A DNA stretch of 64,000 nt from Raillietiella orientalis (lineage: Eukaryota): contig JAYWIR010000039.1 of assembly GCA_036172245.1 (NCBI GenBank), forward strand, positions 434,001 to 498,000, in the 5' to 3' direction. Under the pieces are notes generated by a model. The model was not told the origin of the DNA and ran no database searches. It worked only from the letters and a program-made list of their open reading frames with translations. The translations under genes and the position numbers were made by a program. The number at the start of each line of letters is the position of its first letter. The stretch's first letter is position 1. Positions 13,740-27,165 of the stretch are shown piece after piece.

Positions 13740-14700
13740 GAGGTCTCGCATCCATTAGGGACATGTCCACCCTAGACCTCTGGTTGAGGTGCTTGCTCGG
13801 GCTCTGGCGGGAAGAACCAGATTCCCGTTTCAGTCTGTGGTCGGTTTCCATGACCACCTACAGCAATGCACCTTCCGCGTCACTCGAAAAATGCCCTTCC
13901 CTTATAAGGAAGGGAGGGGGGAAACTCCTGTTTCAGCGATACAGGCGGTCTATCTACGAGGGCTTCCCGTGAGTCACGAGTCCACGGGAACGAGCTACAG
14001 AGGACTCTGCTGTTCGGACAGAGCCAGTCGCCCTCTCTCGATGGGACCAATTGTCTCGATGGTGCCCAACCGACGCCCGCGGCTTCCGTGTCTACACTGC
14101 GTTTCTTCGGGATGGCTCGCCTGTGGCGGCGGTTTCGCTGCGGCGCGCCTGGCCAAGGATGTTTGCAAGGACACGCTCCTGCGGACCCTCCGCGTCGGAG
14201 ATCGACCTCAGGGCAGTGGGAGGACTCCTGTGTCCCGTCGAGGGGCAGAAGGGAAGGGAAGAGATCCACAGCACCGCTCGAGGAGGCGCCGCGGGTTTCT
14301 TGCGCGATGTGCGGCGTGAGTGGAACCTGGGCAGTCGCACCTCACCTCTTCTAGGCAGAGCGCGACCGTCCCGGCGAAGAATGAGGGAAAGGGAAGCTGT
14401 CGTAACTCGTCCCTGCTGGCGCCCGGGTCGCCTTTCCACACACCATCGTTCCTACACCCGGAGGCATTTTCGCTTCTCCTTACCTGCTTGCACGCAAGGG
14501 TGAAGCTTGCTCCCATTTTGCCGACCTCTCTCCTCACCCCCTCTTCGACTCGGCCAGCGGCTCCTTGTGGCTTCTGCGCTGAGGAATCCCCTTCAGAGGA
14601 AGGCCACGCGCACCCCTTCCTTGATGCGCCTCCGCATGCTTCCTGTTTTTTTTTCCCCGCATTCTTCCAGGGTGTCGCCGTGCTGGAAGATACAGGATCT
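13740..14700 (+). mobile_element. Decayed, internally deleted L1/Tx1-like LINE ORF2 (RT start plus C-terminal zinc-finger remnant)
   Basis: LARALAGR...SVVGFH (cf. KILAKxLAxRL..vi...Q) at ~13.8 kb; CLHARV...PCGFCAEE...HAHPFLDAP (cf. zf-RVT CxxC..E..HxFxxCP) at ~14.5-14.6 kb. Confidence 0.6.
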
Positions 14701-15139
14701 TGCGGAGATCCCCTGTCCTTGCTGTTCCGGACCACTCAGTCCGGAGCCCAGGCACCCACCGGTCCTCTTGGGAGCACCGCTTCCGGACCTGGCCTTGGGT
14801 TCGTTACCACAGCGGTTAGGCAGTCCACCGGCATCCGTTTCTTCAGCGCGTGCTTCCCTACTGGGGGAGGGGGGAGGGCACTGGTTGCTCACGCGTCCTC
14901 GTGCTCCCACTCCGGCTCCGAACGCTTCAGCTAGGCACTACTCTCCCACGCTCCGCATCTTCGCAGCCGACCTCTACCGTGTTTCCGGCACGCGATGCCC
15001 TGGGCTGCGCACGTACCAAGGACAGCAGGAAATGACTCGGAGCACCGGACTGCTCAGCACGGACCGTGCTCTTCCCTGAGGGCATGATCTGTCAGGAACG
15101 GTGTTGATCTCCAGCGGAGGATGGAAGCGGACTCGGCGT

Positions 15140-15860
15140 CACACTCCCAACAACCAAACCACAGTCTTGGACGCGCCTCTCCATGGCGGTCGCAATTCGA
15201 CCGGTATCGCCCGCCACTGTCGCCGCCTGAAAAACGCCGTCGGGCTGCCCAGAACAGGGTGGTGAGCAGTCACCTCTTCACCCAGGGAGATACCAAGGTC
15301 GCCCGTCCGCCGGAGAGAGTCCTTGGGCGCGAGCGCTTGGAGCTGCGGCGTCCGAAAGTTCCTGGGCCGACCTGACCATGTGGCGGGAGACCCCACTCCT
15401 TCCACCCAGGCCAAATCCATGGCCGCTGTCGTCGCACTCCCCGACATGGGGAGGGCGGCTCGGCGTCCGCCCACTTCTCGGAGCTCGGTCACCCCTCCTG
15501 CTGGGGCGCTGTTTCGAGGCGCGGAACGGGACGAAGGAGGGACGCGTCCACCATTCGCTGTACTTCGGCGGCGGGCAGGGAAGCCCGTCCACACCTGCCC
15601 ATCGACCAGCCGCGGTTTCCTGGAGGACGAGAGGTGCTGCTCCATGGCGGTCAGGACCGCGGCGGAAGAACGGTGCGTTGCCAGGGGGGCACCACTCAGC
15701 GTTGATTCCACCGATGGGCCACTGGCGACAGCCCCTGCTCAAGTAGACCTGTACTTCCAGAGTCAGCATGCCGACTCCGGCATCGTGACGCGGAGCCAGC
15801 CATGGACGTGCCGTGATCTCGATTTTGCCCCGAAAGAGCTTTTCAAAGAAGTCTTCATGT
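15140..15860 (-). mobile_element. Decayed L1/Tx1-like LINE RT and post-RT fragment
   Basis: GAPLATHRSSAAVLTAMEQHL (cf. QGxPLSPxLFxLAMEPL), then PRTLSGGRATLV (cf. RxLSxxGRxxL) in a shifted frame. Confidence 0.55.
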
Positions 15861-18129
15861 TCTCCTTTTCGCTCGTGGGGGAGGGGACCAGTCGAAAGGA
15901 GCGGGTAGTGTGGAAGAGGGGAGGGGCAAAAGTGTCCCGAACGGCGACTCTGTCTGCTAGCTAAGGGCCGGTCTGCGACGGGTGTCGAGCGCCTCGTAGT
16001 CAGGCGGGGGGACTCTGTTCGGCAAGCGCCCCATCGGGATCGGGACGCTCAACCTCCGGGAACGTCCGCGTAGGTCTGCCGCCGTTGGACCGGGGCTGCA
16101 TGCTCAGGCGTCGGTGCCGAGCAGGGCTGCGACACCACTGAGGCTCGGATTCTGCCAGAAGCTTTGCCACTGGGATCCGAACCCGCAGTGGCTCTCTTGG
16201 CTCTGGGGGGCGTCGCCGCCCCCGCCACGCAGAAAGTCCGCCATCCCGTGTTCTCGCGCTGAGCTGCTCGAAAGGGAGAAAAGGTGGGCGCACCAAGGGT
16301 TGTCTCGGTGGTGCTGGAAGTCGAACGGCGCCATTCTCCTGCAGGTCTCCTTTCCCTCGCGCGTGCTCCTTCGGGAGAGAGAGAGAGAGAGGGGGGAAGG
16401 AGGAAGAGTCGTCGGGCGCGTTTTTCGGTGTCTTCTCAAGGAAGATACCGATGTCGTTCCTCCCCATCGATAGCAAGCAGGGGCTGCGGGGATGAAAGGG
16501 GTTCCGGCGTGTCTCAGAAGACGTCCTCCTGAAGGACGGGTTCGGGAACATTCCTGGAATTTCCAGTTTCTTCGTCGATCTCGGGATCCCGGACCCACAA
16601 GAAGCCAACGACAGTCGGGGGGAGGGGGAGAACTGAACGCCTGCATTCCTGAAAGTCAAAGTGAAAGCCCGTGGTTTCCGTATTTTCCCTCTTTTCGTTC
16701 GCACGCCTTCTTCAAGGAAGGCGTGCGAATAAAATCGTGCCACTTTCGAATCCCGGCTTGCATTAACCGGAAATTTGGCGCTCAGGAAGAACGCCAGGGA
16801 TCCCATTTGTACGTTTGCACACTTGTACACATTTCTGCATCAAATTTTTTGCATGGAACGGGTGTCAAAGGGTCCAGTGAAGTGTGCCGCGGGAATTCAA
16901 GGAACCGCCGTATACCGGAACCCAACATTGACAAGGGGATTTCAGGATCTGGGAATTCGGACAGAGCGCGCCGCGGAACGCGAATCCCGCGCAACGCGCG
17001 CGTCCCCGTTCTCGAAAGTGCAGCGAGATGTACAGAGGCCTTCCTTCCAGGAATGAGGGTGCGACTCGGCTCGGACGTTCGGAAGAGGAGTGTTTCCCAG
17101 GAGCCACGAGGACAGAGTGGGCGGGGCAAGGGACTAGGAGGTGCGCTGCAGGGAGAAAGAGGAAAGAGGAAGATGGAACCGGACGGTTTCGTATGCAGGT
17201 GCGATAGGCGTCAGCGTTCCCGAAACGGGCACCCGAGCACCCACGAAGGTGCGGGGGACAAGAAGAGCGAGGTCAGCAGAAGCAGGAAACGCGGAGAGGT
17301 CGTCGGGTCGCGATCTGGGATTCGCGCTCGTCTCAGAGTCGTCAGTGGCAGGAGCGAGCGGAGGTCTCCAGCGGAAGGTCACCGACCCCTGAGGGAAAAC
17401 TCAACCGCCTTGCTCGACGGTGCAGCCTTGCAGTTAGGGGTCAAGGAGGGGATGGAGTTCAGGAGGTGCTTTCGTTGCTCTTCTGCAGGGGACGGACTGC
17501 GAGGAGCACAGGACTTTTCCTTTCTTCGCAGCAGCTTTGGTCTAGAGATACAGGATTAGCCAGATGTGGATCGTATTAGCCAGTGTACACGAATACGTGT
17601 ACATTCGGAGATTCGGTCTCTATCAGGTGTGTTTGTTTTTCGCCCGGTAACACTGGGGCGTTTATTTAGAGAAAGAAACAAACGAGTTGGGAGCGCAGCT
17701 TCCAGAAGGAAAAACGGCAGGAAATTCAAAGGGAGGGTCCACAGACACGTAGGTTGGTTACTGGGGGAGTCCGGAACAGGAGGAGTTTTTAACTAGCAAT
17801 AATCGCGCCTCAGTCGCCTTCCTCGGCTAAGATAATGCCCGTGCGCAAGCCCGAGTGGGAGGAAAGGGACCATAAATACATGAGTTAAGGGAAGAGGGGG
17901 CATCTTTGGTAGCGGGCCGCGCCCTCTTACGCGGAACCGGCGAGGAATGCCGGCAACTTCTTCCTGCTTATCACCCGGGTGCGCCGGGGCGTTTATTAAA
18001 AACTATCCGGGAACAGAGTTCCTGGACAAAGGGGAAAACAAGAGACGAAGGGGGTGGGATCCCCGACACGCAGGTCGGTATGCCGAAAGTCCGGAACGGG
18101 AGGGAGGGGACCACAAATACACTACTATA

Positions 18130-18700
18130 AAAAAATAAAAAGAAAAATATGGAGGGGAGGGTACAGGGGTCTTTGGTTCGGCCGTTCCTTCCTTTCAGAA
18201 CCGGCGATGGATGCCGGCGATCTCTCTCCTCACGCTCTCTGGTAGGTGGGCCCACTCGGCAGCCGACGACATGCTTGCGCTGGCTAATCCGGTGGGCTGA
18301 CGAAGGATGGTCAGCTTCTCCAACTCTCGGTGGGCCTTGTCGATGGCGCGGGTGCAACACACGGTTGCAACGACAGCACCTAAAGACAGGCTGCCTGGCG
18401 TGAAGAAGCGGCGCATCAAGTTTCTCGCAGTTTCCCCCTGGTGCAGGAGAGCTGAGGCCAGTCTCCGCCACAGTCCTAGGAGGGCACCGCAGTCCAAATT
18501 CTTCCTGCTGAGGCCATCCGGCAGCCATCGTCACGTGGGCGGTTGCCATGCGGGCGGCCTCCCTTCGCTGCTCCCGGGACTCCACACGTGGAGGCTTGCG
18601 ACGATGATGCGGAGACAAGCAGGCCTCCCGCAGAGGGTCGTCTCCCACGAAGAATGGTCCCCAAAACTCATTGACCAGTGTCCTCCGGAAGCGGGAGCGC
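18130..18700 (-). mobile_element. Decayed L1/Tx1-like LINE 3' end
   Basis: DCGALLGLWRRL...REIAGIHRRF (cf. ELAGILERM in sister copies), followed by a T-rich tract. Confidence 0.5.
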
Positions 18701-21519
18701 CGGAGACAGCTTCTGATACTGTTCGTGGGTGGCGCTGCGGGCCAAAAGCAGGCGAGAGAACGATCCGACCGCCTCGCATCCGGAACAGTTCGGGGACGCA
18801 ACCCCCTCCCCTCCTTCCGGGAAACGAGGTGCGGGAGCGCCGGTTGCGCTGGAAACCCCAATGCAAAAGCGGCAGGACATCCGGTTTCTACCGCAGAAGG
18901 AGCACGAAAGTGTTTACGCATGAAGGAGAGACCACGAGTTCTTCGGAGGCCACACTCAACGGTTCGCCCCCCCCCATCTCCCCCACTGAGCCTGGGAAAG
19001 AGCGGAGGCGTCCACCAGCTCGCTCGTCGTCCAGCCGCCCGGGAGTTTCGTGACTCCTGAAAGGTGAGGGGAATTCTCCACCCGACCGGGAACAATTGCG
19101 ATTGTTTGTCATTGTTTGTCCAATGCAGCGCTGCGACAAGGGGCAAGAGACGGTTATCCGGGGAGAATTCATCCGGTCTTGCTGGACATCTCTCCGCGCA
19201 GGTCTCAGAGAAGAGATCGGAAGGGACGTAGTTCCTCCAGGCGTACACTTCCAGGGTAGCGGACCGTGTCTTCTCTGCCTTCCTGACTCCAGGCGTTCGA
19301 GATGTGTTCGGAAAGATTCTCCGCAGCCGGAATACCACTGGCAGTTGGTGGTCATCCTGGACGGCGACCCAAGATGAGTCCCATTATGTGCTTCGGCTGC
19401 GTTGAATGCTAGCATGCGCCACCGTCCTCTTCACTTCGCTGCCTCATGACTTTGCGGAGACGACCCCGAGTCCTCTGGATCCGCTCTCATGATCCCAGGA
19501 GCAGGCGAGCTCGTGATGGCAGTTCGAAATCAGCCGTTAAGGATGGAGCAGGGCTGCCAGAAGAACCCGAGTGCTGATTTTTCCTTTTCTGAAGATCGGT
19601 TAGCGGTTTCGGAGATCTCATCTCGACCGGCGGTCGAAGAGGCAAAGAAGTGCATCAGTGCAGTGCAGCATAGGGTTTCGTGGTTCCCAGGGTTGGGCAT
19701 GCAAACGCAGCGGAGTTTGAATGGTGGAAGAAATAGAGGGGGCCGCGCTCCAATTTGCGCTCCATCGAATTCGAGTGGTGTGGGGAGCAAACAGATGTTC
19801 CCTAGAGAGCCGCACGGGACTGCTGATGAAGAGGAGCCCCGTTGACAAGGTGACAGAGGATAGGGTTCTGTCTCCCGCCGAATCCCTCCAGGAATCCGAG
19901 ACACAGAGAACAAAGTCCTTGAACAAGGTGCCCTCGGTCGCTCTCTTCGAAGAGAGGTCATCAAGACATCAAGAATTTTTTTTTTTTTTGGGAAGGGGGG
20001 GGGGAGGGGGACCGTTGGCGCCAGGATAGATCCCTCTCTGCCGGTTCCACGTTTCCGGAAGGGAAAACGCGTGGGGACGCGAGAACGGCGTCATCCTGTC
20101 TGAACTCGGGATGTGTGCATACTCACAGAGCGACCTCTCCAGCTTCCCCGGAGATTGAAGAAGAATTCGGACTCAGAGGAGAGGCGCACCTGCTCTCGGA
20201 GCCGATGGATTCCCCATCGAGTGGAGGATCCTTTGCGTGGCAGGGGAACTGCTCGGGGATGGGGTGGGTGGGTGAAGGTTAGATGGGAAGTCAGATTCAC
20301 GCCGAATTGGGCGAATGAATATAGGTATCGTCCCAACTGCTGCTTGAGAGAGGATCAGAGCCGACCCATGAGGTCACGAGGCGTTTACGAGAATCTTTTA
20401 GCGTGGCTGGACGGCGGCGGCCATGCTGAAAGAACCATGCTAAAACCTGGTTCGTCTGCATTTTCTCAGTTTCCCTTCGGCACGTGCAGAGAGACAAGAG
20501 GTCCTAAAGAACAGTCCCCAAAGAAGACCTTCAGCACTCGCGTGAAAACATGGTTATGCTAAGGGTGGGAAGAGGAGAATTGTGGAAGAATCGGATGAGT
20601 CCACAGCCTAACAGCAGCACCCGAAGGCCATTCTTTCCACTCGGAACCACAACCCTTGAAATTTAAGCCGCGATGCTGCATCCACGGCGCATTCTGCTAA
20701 ACGCGGTGGCTGACTCCGCGTTCTCGTTTATCAGCCTCCCATTGCCCCCACCCCACCAACTTCATCTTCTTCGTTACGATCGAGCTGACCGTGGTCTTCC
20801 TTCAAGGTTGCATCTTCGCCTCCTCATCCTCTCTCCCCGTGCTGAAAAGCAGCCGCAATACCGATAATACGTCAGTCCGTGCAGACGCTGCTGGGCTTCC
20901 TTCTCCAGAGTGTTTCCATGGATCCAGATCCGGAAGCGAACTTTCCGGAAATGCTGTAGAGAGTGAGCAGGAGATAAGGTGATGTCAGATGTCCCAGAAG
21001 ACTTAACGGTTGTTGATCTTACTTTTTAAGAGAGTGAAGGATTTGCTCCTGGGTCAAGGGAAAAGACCGAAGAAGAACTCTCGGAAGCTCCTAATAACCT
21101 CGGGTCACGAAAAAAAAAAGAAAAAAAACTGCTTTTTCCTTTTTTTGGAAATCTCGCCGGATCCAGGGCGGTGAGAAGTGTCGCCATTCTCGACCCTAAA
21201 ATCTCTGGTGGAGAACGCGCGCCGTCTTTACAAGCAGTCTCGAAGTTTCTACGAGGAACGAGTGACACTGCGTGAAGCTGCAAGGCACGGGAAGTGAAGG
21301 ACGATGGGCATGGAGCGATCTAGGAAGCAGGGGGCCTGGCCTCATGCCAATACGGAGGCAGGTGGACAGGCAGTGTGTCGAGGGAAGGGGATTCATCCTA
21401 CGTGCAGCGCTCTGAGAGCCACTTTCTCTTGGCAAGGAAACCTTTTGTCAGGAGCAGGAAGCGGAACTCCCCCCATCGGGCTTCGGACGATGCCTAAAGG
21501 GCGGTGCAGCTTCGGTTCA

Positions 21520-21800
21520 CATGAAGCAGGGAGCGCACAGCGCCTCCACCCAACTGACGACGACGAGTGAAGCGGTGGTGCTGTGGAAGAACCTGGACAT
21601 GGGTGCCATTCTCCAAAACCCTATCGTCTTTCCTCCTCCAGTTCTCCCAGAGACCACACCGCACAAACCGAGCCCAGAATCCTCTCCTCTCATCAGCTCC
21701 CCTAAGTGGAGATCTCAAGAGACCGACCACCACCCTCATCGACAGATGGTGGACTCTCCTTCGAGGGCCGGCGGACAGCGCGCACGGATCCACTAGCCGG
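21520..21800 (+). mobile_element. Decayed LINE apurinic-like endonuclease (APE) fragment
   Basis: EAVVLWKNL (cf. GVAIL) and LSGDLKRPTTTLID (cf. GDFN....D) in adjacent frames. Confidence 0.4.
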
Positions 21801-22995
21801 AGCTGCGACGGAGGTCAGGTGGTCCAGATTTTCCGGTGACTGCGCCTCCTCACCTGCCAGGTCTCGCTAGCTCTTCCGCCGGTCTTGACCTGCTGAGTCC
21901 ATCTCCAGGTTTGGTTCGAAGCAGAACGTTCTCTTTCTCTCTTCTTCTGGGATCCACCCAGCAGCACTCCACTGGCTGCACGCCAGAGCAAATACATTTC
22001 GCCTCCTTTCTTTCAGAAGAAAACAATGAAAGGTGGTTCCAAGATTCTGGAGCGCGCAACTTCCTGCCGCTCCCTTCACGACTGCTTCCGTCGCGGTTGC
22101 TGCCCTCAGGTTTCCCTCGGGAGAGGAAGGAATCCCGGGAAGTTCCGAATTCCGGACGGGCTCTTCCGATCGCTGCGCAAGGGAGAGGAGGTCGGCCGGC
22201 AGGCACGCGCAGCAATGCGAGGACCGAACAACCGTCCGTTCTTGCGCATATCGTCCGGACGCAGCGAATTCTGATCCTGTCCGGATGGCGAAGAGGAACT
22301 CCTGGAAAGGGAAGGGAAGAGAAGGGAAGGGAAGGGGGGAGGAAGAGTAGTGAACGTTAGGTTGTGCCGATTCTTTGGTCCGAGGGGGCAGAACACGAGA
22401 CCGAAACTTTTCCCCTCAAAGCAAACCTCTTGGGAGGGACGGAGACCCTGGACCAGGAGCTCCAGGAGTCCTCTCGAATCGAAGAGGCCTTCGCTGCTGA
22501 CCCCAGGTTCGTCGTTGAACACCAACTCTTCCGGAACGCTGAAAAGGGAGCAGTTTCCGGAATTTCAGGAACTATCAGGACTGCCAGCGACCCTTCCGCG
22601 CTCTTTTGGCTCCTTTCGGGCTTCGGATGCTGGATGTACTCTCTTGGGAGGCAGGATACTGAGCTTGTCCAGCTGCTATGCAACTCTCCTCGGAAAGTTT
22701 CTGGAAGTGGCGACGGATGCGGCTTGCTACGGGTGCACACGGCCCGTCATGAGGCGATTTCAACGGGGGGTCATTGCTTCGCCAATCCCTCTCCATGGAG
22801 CTGATTATTTATTTCAAGAAAATTAGATTACAAAATACATATTTGCAGGAGGGCTTTAACTTCTCTTTTTATTTTTCTTTCCGGGCTCATGTTCATGGAT
22901 AGCTTATCGGAGTTCCTCACGTTCTGGCATTCCAGTTAGGGCGTCATCAGGTGGATGCCCCAAACGATGCGTCCAGTCAGCGTCCAGCCATCGTC

Positions 22996-23027
22996 CTTCG
23001 ATCTTAGCCAAAAGGCCGAGAAGCGAT
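22996..23027 (-). pseudogene. U2: 3'-truncated U2 snRNA fragment (nt ~1-32), copy A
   Basis: Minus strand reads ATCGCTTCTCGGCCTTTTGGCTAAGATCGAAG. The first 28 nt equal the conserved metazoan U2 5' end; 31/32 match the AAAG-type consensus. The rest of U2 is absent. Confidence 0.93.
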
Positions 23028-25909
23028 GGAGCTGATGGAGAGGATCTCCACGTCACTGCTGTAGAGTGGACCGGCGACAACGGCAGGGTTTTCCGCCCGT
23101 GAAGAGAAAAACCGAAATGCCCCGTGTCCCTGAAACGGAATGGGATGTCTGGGAAGATCAGAGGACCTTGAACGCTGACGTGTCAGCGAACAACCATATA
23201 GCTCCGTCGTCATGGAGCTGGAGAAGCTTCAAGGTTGAGCCCTGGAGCTGAGGGTATTTGTCACGCTCCCCGAGGTCGAGGTCGACTCGGACTCTCCCCG
23301 CAGCTACCCACTTCCTGCTCTGATGCTTTTCCGGGTTTCATGGAAAGTCCTCGGAGGATTCGCTCTTTCGGGTGGGAATGCAGGTACCTCGCAGAGACCT
23401 CCTGCGGGAATTTTCAGTCGTCTCGAGGCTGTGGAGAAGATCGAGCCTGGTGTGTGACCGCCAGCAGAATGCATCCCACCTCCCTGGATGGCTCCTCGTC
23501 AGCTTGACCCGAGTTCTACCTCCACCTCCGCATCCTCATCGGCAGATGACGTTTCCTCATCGTGGCCGCCCGACCTCCGCTCTTGCAGCGTCTCCAGGAA
23601 TGGCCTGGAAGACGAAGGAGCGATCGACCCCACCGTTGCCCGGTCCTCTCCTTCATCGTCTCCTTTTTCGAAATTCCCGGGTATTCTTGGGCCTTACAAC
23701 GGTCCGCCGCTCGCGATTCCCCTGGGCTCGGTTTCACCCGAGGGAGGGCAGCGGGAGAAAGGCTTCCGAGGAAGACCGAAATTCCGTTCTGCGGAGCGCA
23801 GCTACTGGGGGGTCTCGGCGTGAGAGGAGGGCCAAGGAGCAGGAGTGCTGTGTTGCAGGGACGGCATCTTCGGGACTCCGCTGGTCAGGAAAAAAGAAGA
23901 GCCCCTGTCTGGCATGCGTGTTCCTTCCGAAGAGACCTTGGTCCTGGACTCGCTCGCGAGACTCTCCCGATGTGTCCTGCAAACTCGGACCAACTCCTTC
24001 CTGTTTTCTCTCCTCCATCGTCCCCTCTATTCTATACGTTCGCCAGGTTCCGAAGGGCTGTTGACGAGTGGGGGAGCTGAGGAGGATGGGGAGTCTTCGA
24101 TGGATGTCGAGGCTGTTCGCTCAGATGGCGCCAAGCGGGCTGCAGGCTGGCGCACAACATCCAGGATTCCCGCAGCTAACTCCGACAGCTGCTCCAGGAT
24201 GATCCAAGAGGTGAGCTCCTTCTTATTCTCCCTGTTGCCTTGTCCACTCTCTTTCGAGGGAATCCAAGGAGGAGGTGCCAAATGGATCCTCCTCCACAAC
24301 TGAGACTGTCCAGCCTGCAGGTGTTCCCAGGTTGCGGGGATCCGCTAGGGGAGGAAGAGCTAACGAGGAGACGAGACTGCGAAGCCGCCGAGAGCGCCAC
24401 AGACGGCGAGCGGGAAAAGAGGAGAAGAGAGGTCTGCAGCGCTACCAGCTCCTGTGCTGCCGACTCACGAGAGGGAGGAGAGCTCCCGGTGGAAAGTGAT
24501 GCGGCAGAGCGTGGTCCGCCAGCGGCTCTTCCCTGTGGCCGCGTGCATCGGGAATGTTCAGGGCGAGGTGGAAGGGAACCTTCGCCCGAACCGCCCATGT
24601 GGTCCAACCGGAACGACGGGAGCGACCACGGCTCGAGGGCACCCTCTCTATCCCGGGGGCGGCTCGCCCGCCTAGGAAGTTTTCTGGGAATCCTCTGGAC
24701 GGCGACGCGGATGGCCCGGAGGTATCCATTGGTTTCCGGAGGGGAGCGACCGGTTCCCGGACGCTTGGAGGAGAGCGGAAAGCGACGGGTCCTTCAGAGT
24801 TGGTTCCCGCGGAGCGGACGCATCCCCTCCATCCCGTCTTCCAGACCGCGCTCTTTCCCGTGCGGGTGGGGGAGAGCGGCGTCACGGCGTGTCTCCCAGG
24901 GGAGGGAGAGACCCGCACGCGCTCTCCCGGAGGACGAGATCCGCACGAGCGCAGCCCCTGTGAGATTGATGGAAGTGCGAAAGAGATGAACGGGAATGTT
25001 CCGCGGGAGCAACTCCCAGGGCGACGCCGGCATCCTGGGTGACTCACGGCTCCCGCCGCTCCTCCGGGAAAGCCGTGCGTCGTTCTCGTCCGCCCGTCCC
25101 GCTGCGCTCCATCGCTGGGGGCCCCGCGGCTCGCAGATTACCGGCGAGGCGCCCCCTACTCCCAGCCCGCGTGGAGTTCGCACCTCAGAGAGAGAAAGAG
25201 GGCGCGTCAGCGCACATCAAGGGGTCGCAAGAAAGGAGGAGAAAGGGAGGATGAGGAAGGAAGTGGAGGTGGAATGGAGGACGAAGAGTGGGTTCGTCTT
25301 CCGTCGCTTAGAGCACACCCGTGGTAAGGGCGAAAAGGACAAAAAGCAGCGCTGAAAAGGAAGAGGAATCGAACCGCGGCGACCTCCTGATCTCCTTGAC
25401 GACGGAAAATGCACCGGAATCCCTTTCTTCAATCTGTCGGAAGGACTTCCTACCCCTCCCTCCCTCAACTGGAAACTTGCCGGCAGGAAAGAGCCTGCTT
25501 CCCAGCTCCAGGGCACACGCTCACGGCTCCCTTCGGAAGCTGGAGGATTCTTTTGAAGACAAAGGCTCTTACGTTTCGGGATCGGGAGAGGAGCAGGGAA
25601 AATTACGGAAACGCAAGGGGCAAAGTCTGGTGGGTTCGAAGCGTGTTGGTGGTAAAAGCGGACATCTTTTTCCATTCCTTTGTTTTTCATTCCCCCCTTT
25701 GCCCCTTCGCTTCTGCTTCCTCATCCCTTTTAGAAGACTGAAGGGCAGTTCCGACAGCGAAAGGTGTAGCCCATAAGGGGCCACGCTCTGCTACGTCCAA
25801 GTGACCAGCCGACCGAGCGGGACATGGGGGGACGAGTACTTCGACGCGAGCTGCGGGAGCTGCCGAAGGCAACTTCCATCCAGGGTTGCCCGAAAGGGCG
25901 GTAAGCTCC

Positions 25910-26239
25910 TCCCCGAGGGTCGTAGCAAGCGCAGGAAAGGACAGAGGCTCCGAAGAGCGATCTCAAGCCGAGGGACGCAGTCTCAGGGCGACTTCCTAGC
26001 GGGCCAGCGTACGGCCCGCTGTAAAGACGGCCGGCGCACGGGTGAAGGAATGGGCGCAGGAGGAGGCTGCAACGGAAGGGCCCTGCGCGCGTCCATCCGA
26101 CGCGCAGATGCAGGGCGTGGGGCGGTGGTGAGTGCCTCCCGCAGTCACTTGCGACCGTCAGGTCGGCGTGTGCCTCGCCGATTCCCTCCTGGTGCTCCGC
26201 GGGTGACTCCAGGATGGGTGGATCTCCACCGTCGGACTG
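25910..26239. repeat. Inverted repeat IR1, left arm
   Basis: Reverse complement of 27166-27490. The ORF track shows the shared peptide EHQEGIGEAHADLTVASDCGRHSPPPHALHLRVGWTRAGPFRCSLLLRP on opposite strands. The core is >90% identical by eye; the outer part is more diverged. Confidence 0.95.
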
Positions 26240-26299
26240 ACTGATCATCCACCCATCCATCTACCATCACCTAGTCCCAGAACCGTAACTTCACGCTGG

Positions 26300-26960
26300 A
26301 TGAACCCGGGAGCCAGCACACCCCGTTCTTTGATGACCGGCAGAAGAGCTGTGAAAGTGGAATGGGCCTCTGTGAATGGCGCGCCGCGTGACACGCGCAC
26401 ACACCACTCTTTCCTCGGAGGCTTCCCTCAGTCTTTTGCAAAACAGTCCCTTCGTTGTGGAGGCGCGTCCCCTTGGCAACGCGTCCATCGCGCTCTCTCT
26501 CCAGACCAGCGGTTGGCGCAGGTGTCTCCTGCACTCTCCTGTCATGTGACCGATTGCCGCATTCCTTCAGATCCGGTTGACTCCGCTCCTGCGGGTAGAG
26601 ATGCGGGTGTTGAATGCTCTCTGCTGGACCATTGGCTTCAGCAAACTTTCCCACGGAGGCCCTTTGGGAAGGACCTTCTGGTTCCTTTCCTTCCCTTCCA
26701 TCTGCAGAGAACCACCTGCCGCAGGGGTAGCAGGGCGGCGGCTGCGTCGCATCCTGTGGCATAGCAACGGCACTGCGCGTTGTGGACCCAAGACGGTGAC
26801 ACAGAATTGGTCCAGCATCACCTCTGTGCTCAGAGGGACGGAATGGAGACCCCACCTGAGTGGACTGGGGGAAGAGGCACTCGCCCGCATCCTTCAGAGG
26901 ATGCAAAGGACCCACAGGGATCGTCCGCGACTTTCCCCCTTCGACTCCCATTCTTTGGTT
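26300..26960 (+). mobile_element. Decayed L1/Tx1-like LINE 3' end, inside the IR1 spacer
   Basis: SPWQRVHRAL (cf. SPWSQMHHPPL at 41.7 kb) and terminal EALARILQRMQRTH. Confidence 0.6.
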
Positions 26961-27165
26961 TGTTTGCTCACTACTGCCTGCCTTCCCTGTGGCAGGATCC
27001 CTTTGTGTCATCTTCTCCCATCCTGCGAGCCGAGACCCGCCCCAAGCAGCCAAGATCCTCCGAGGACCGCAGAGCCTTTCCTTCCTGGTCTCCCGCCTTC
27101 CGCCTGCACTCCCGCTGCATCCGAAAACACTCAACAGACTCCCGGAGTATTCCCGCGGCAACGGG

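Noticed and set aside
17802..17833. Third U2-like fragment (ATCGC...GCCTT...GGCTAAGAT)
   Set aside because: Only a 9-nt exact match and several gaps are needed; compatible with chance.
16492..19338. 355-aa (+) and 455-aa (-) ORFs
   Set aside because: No recognisable domain. The LINE motifs in this region lie in other short frames, so these are not intact genes.
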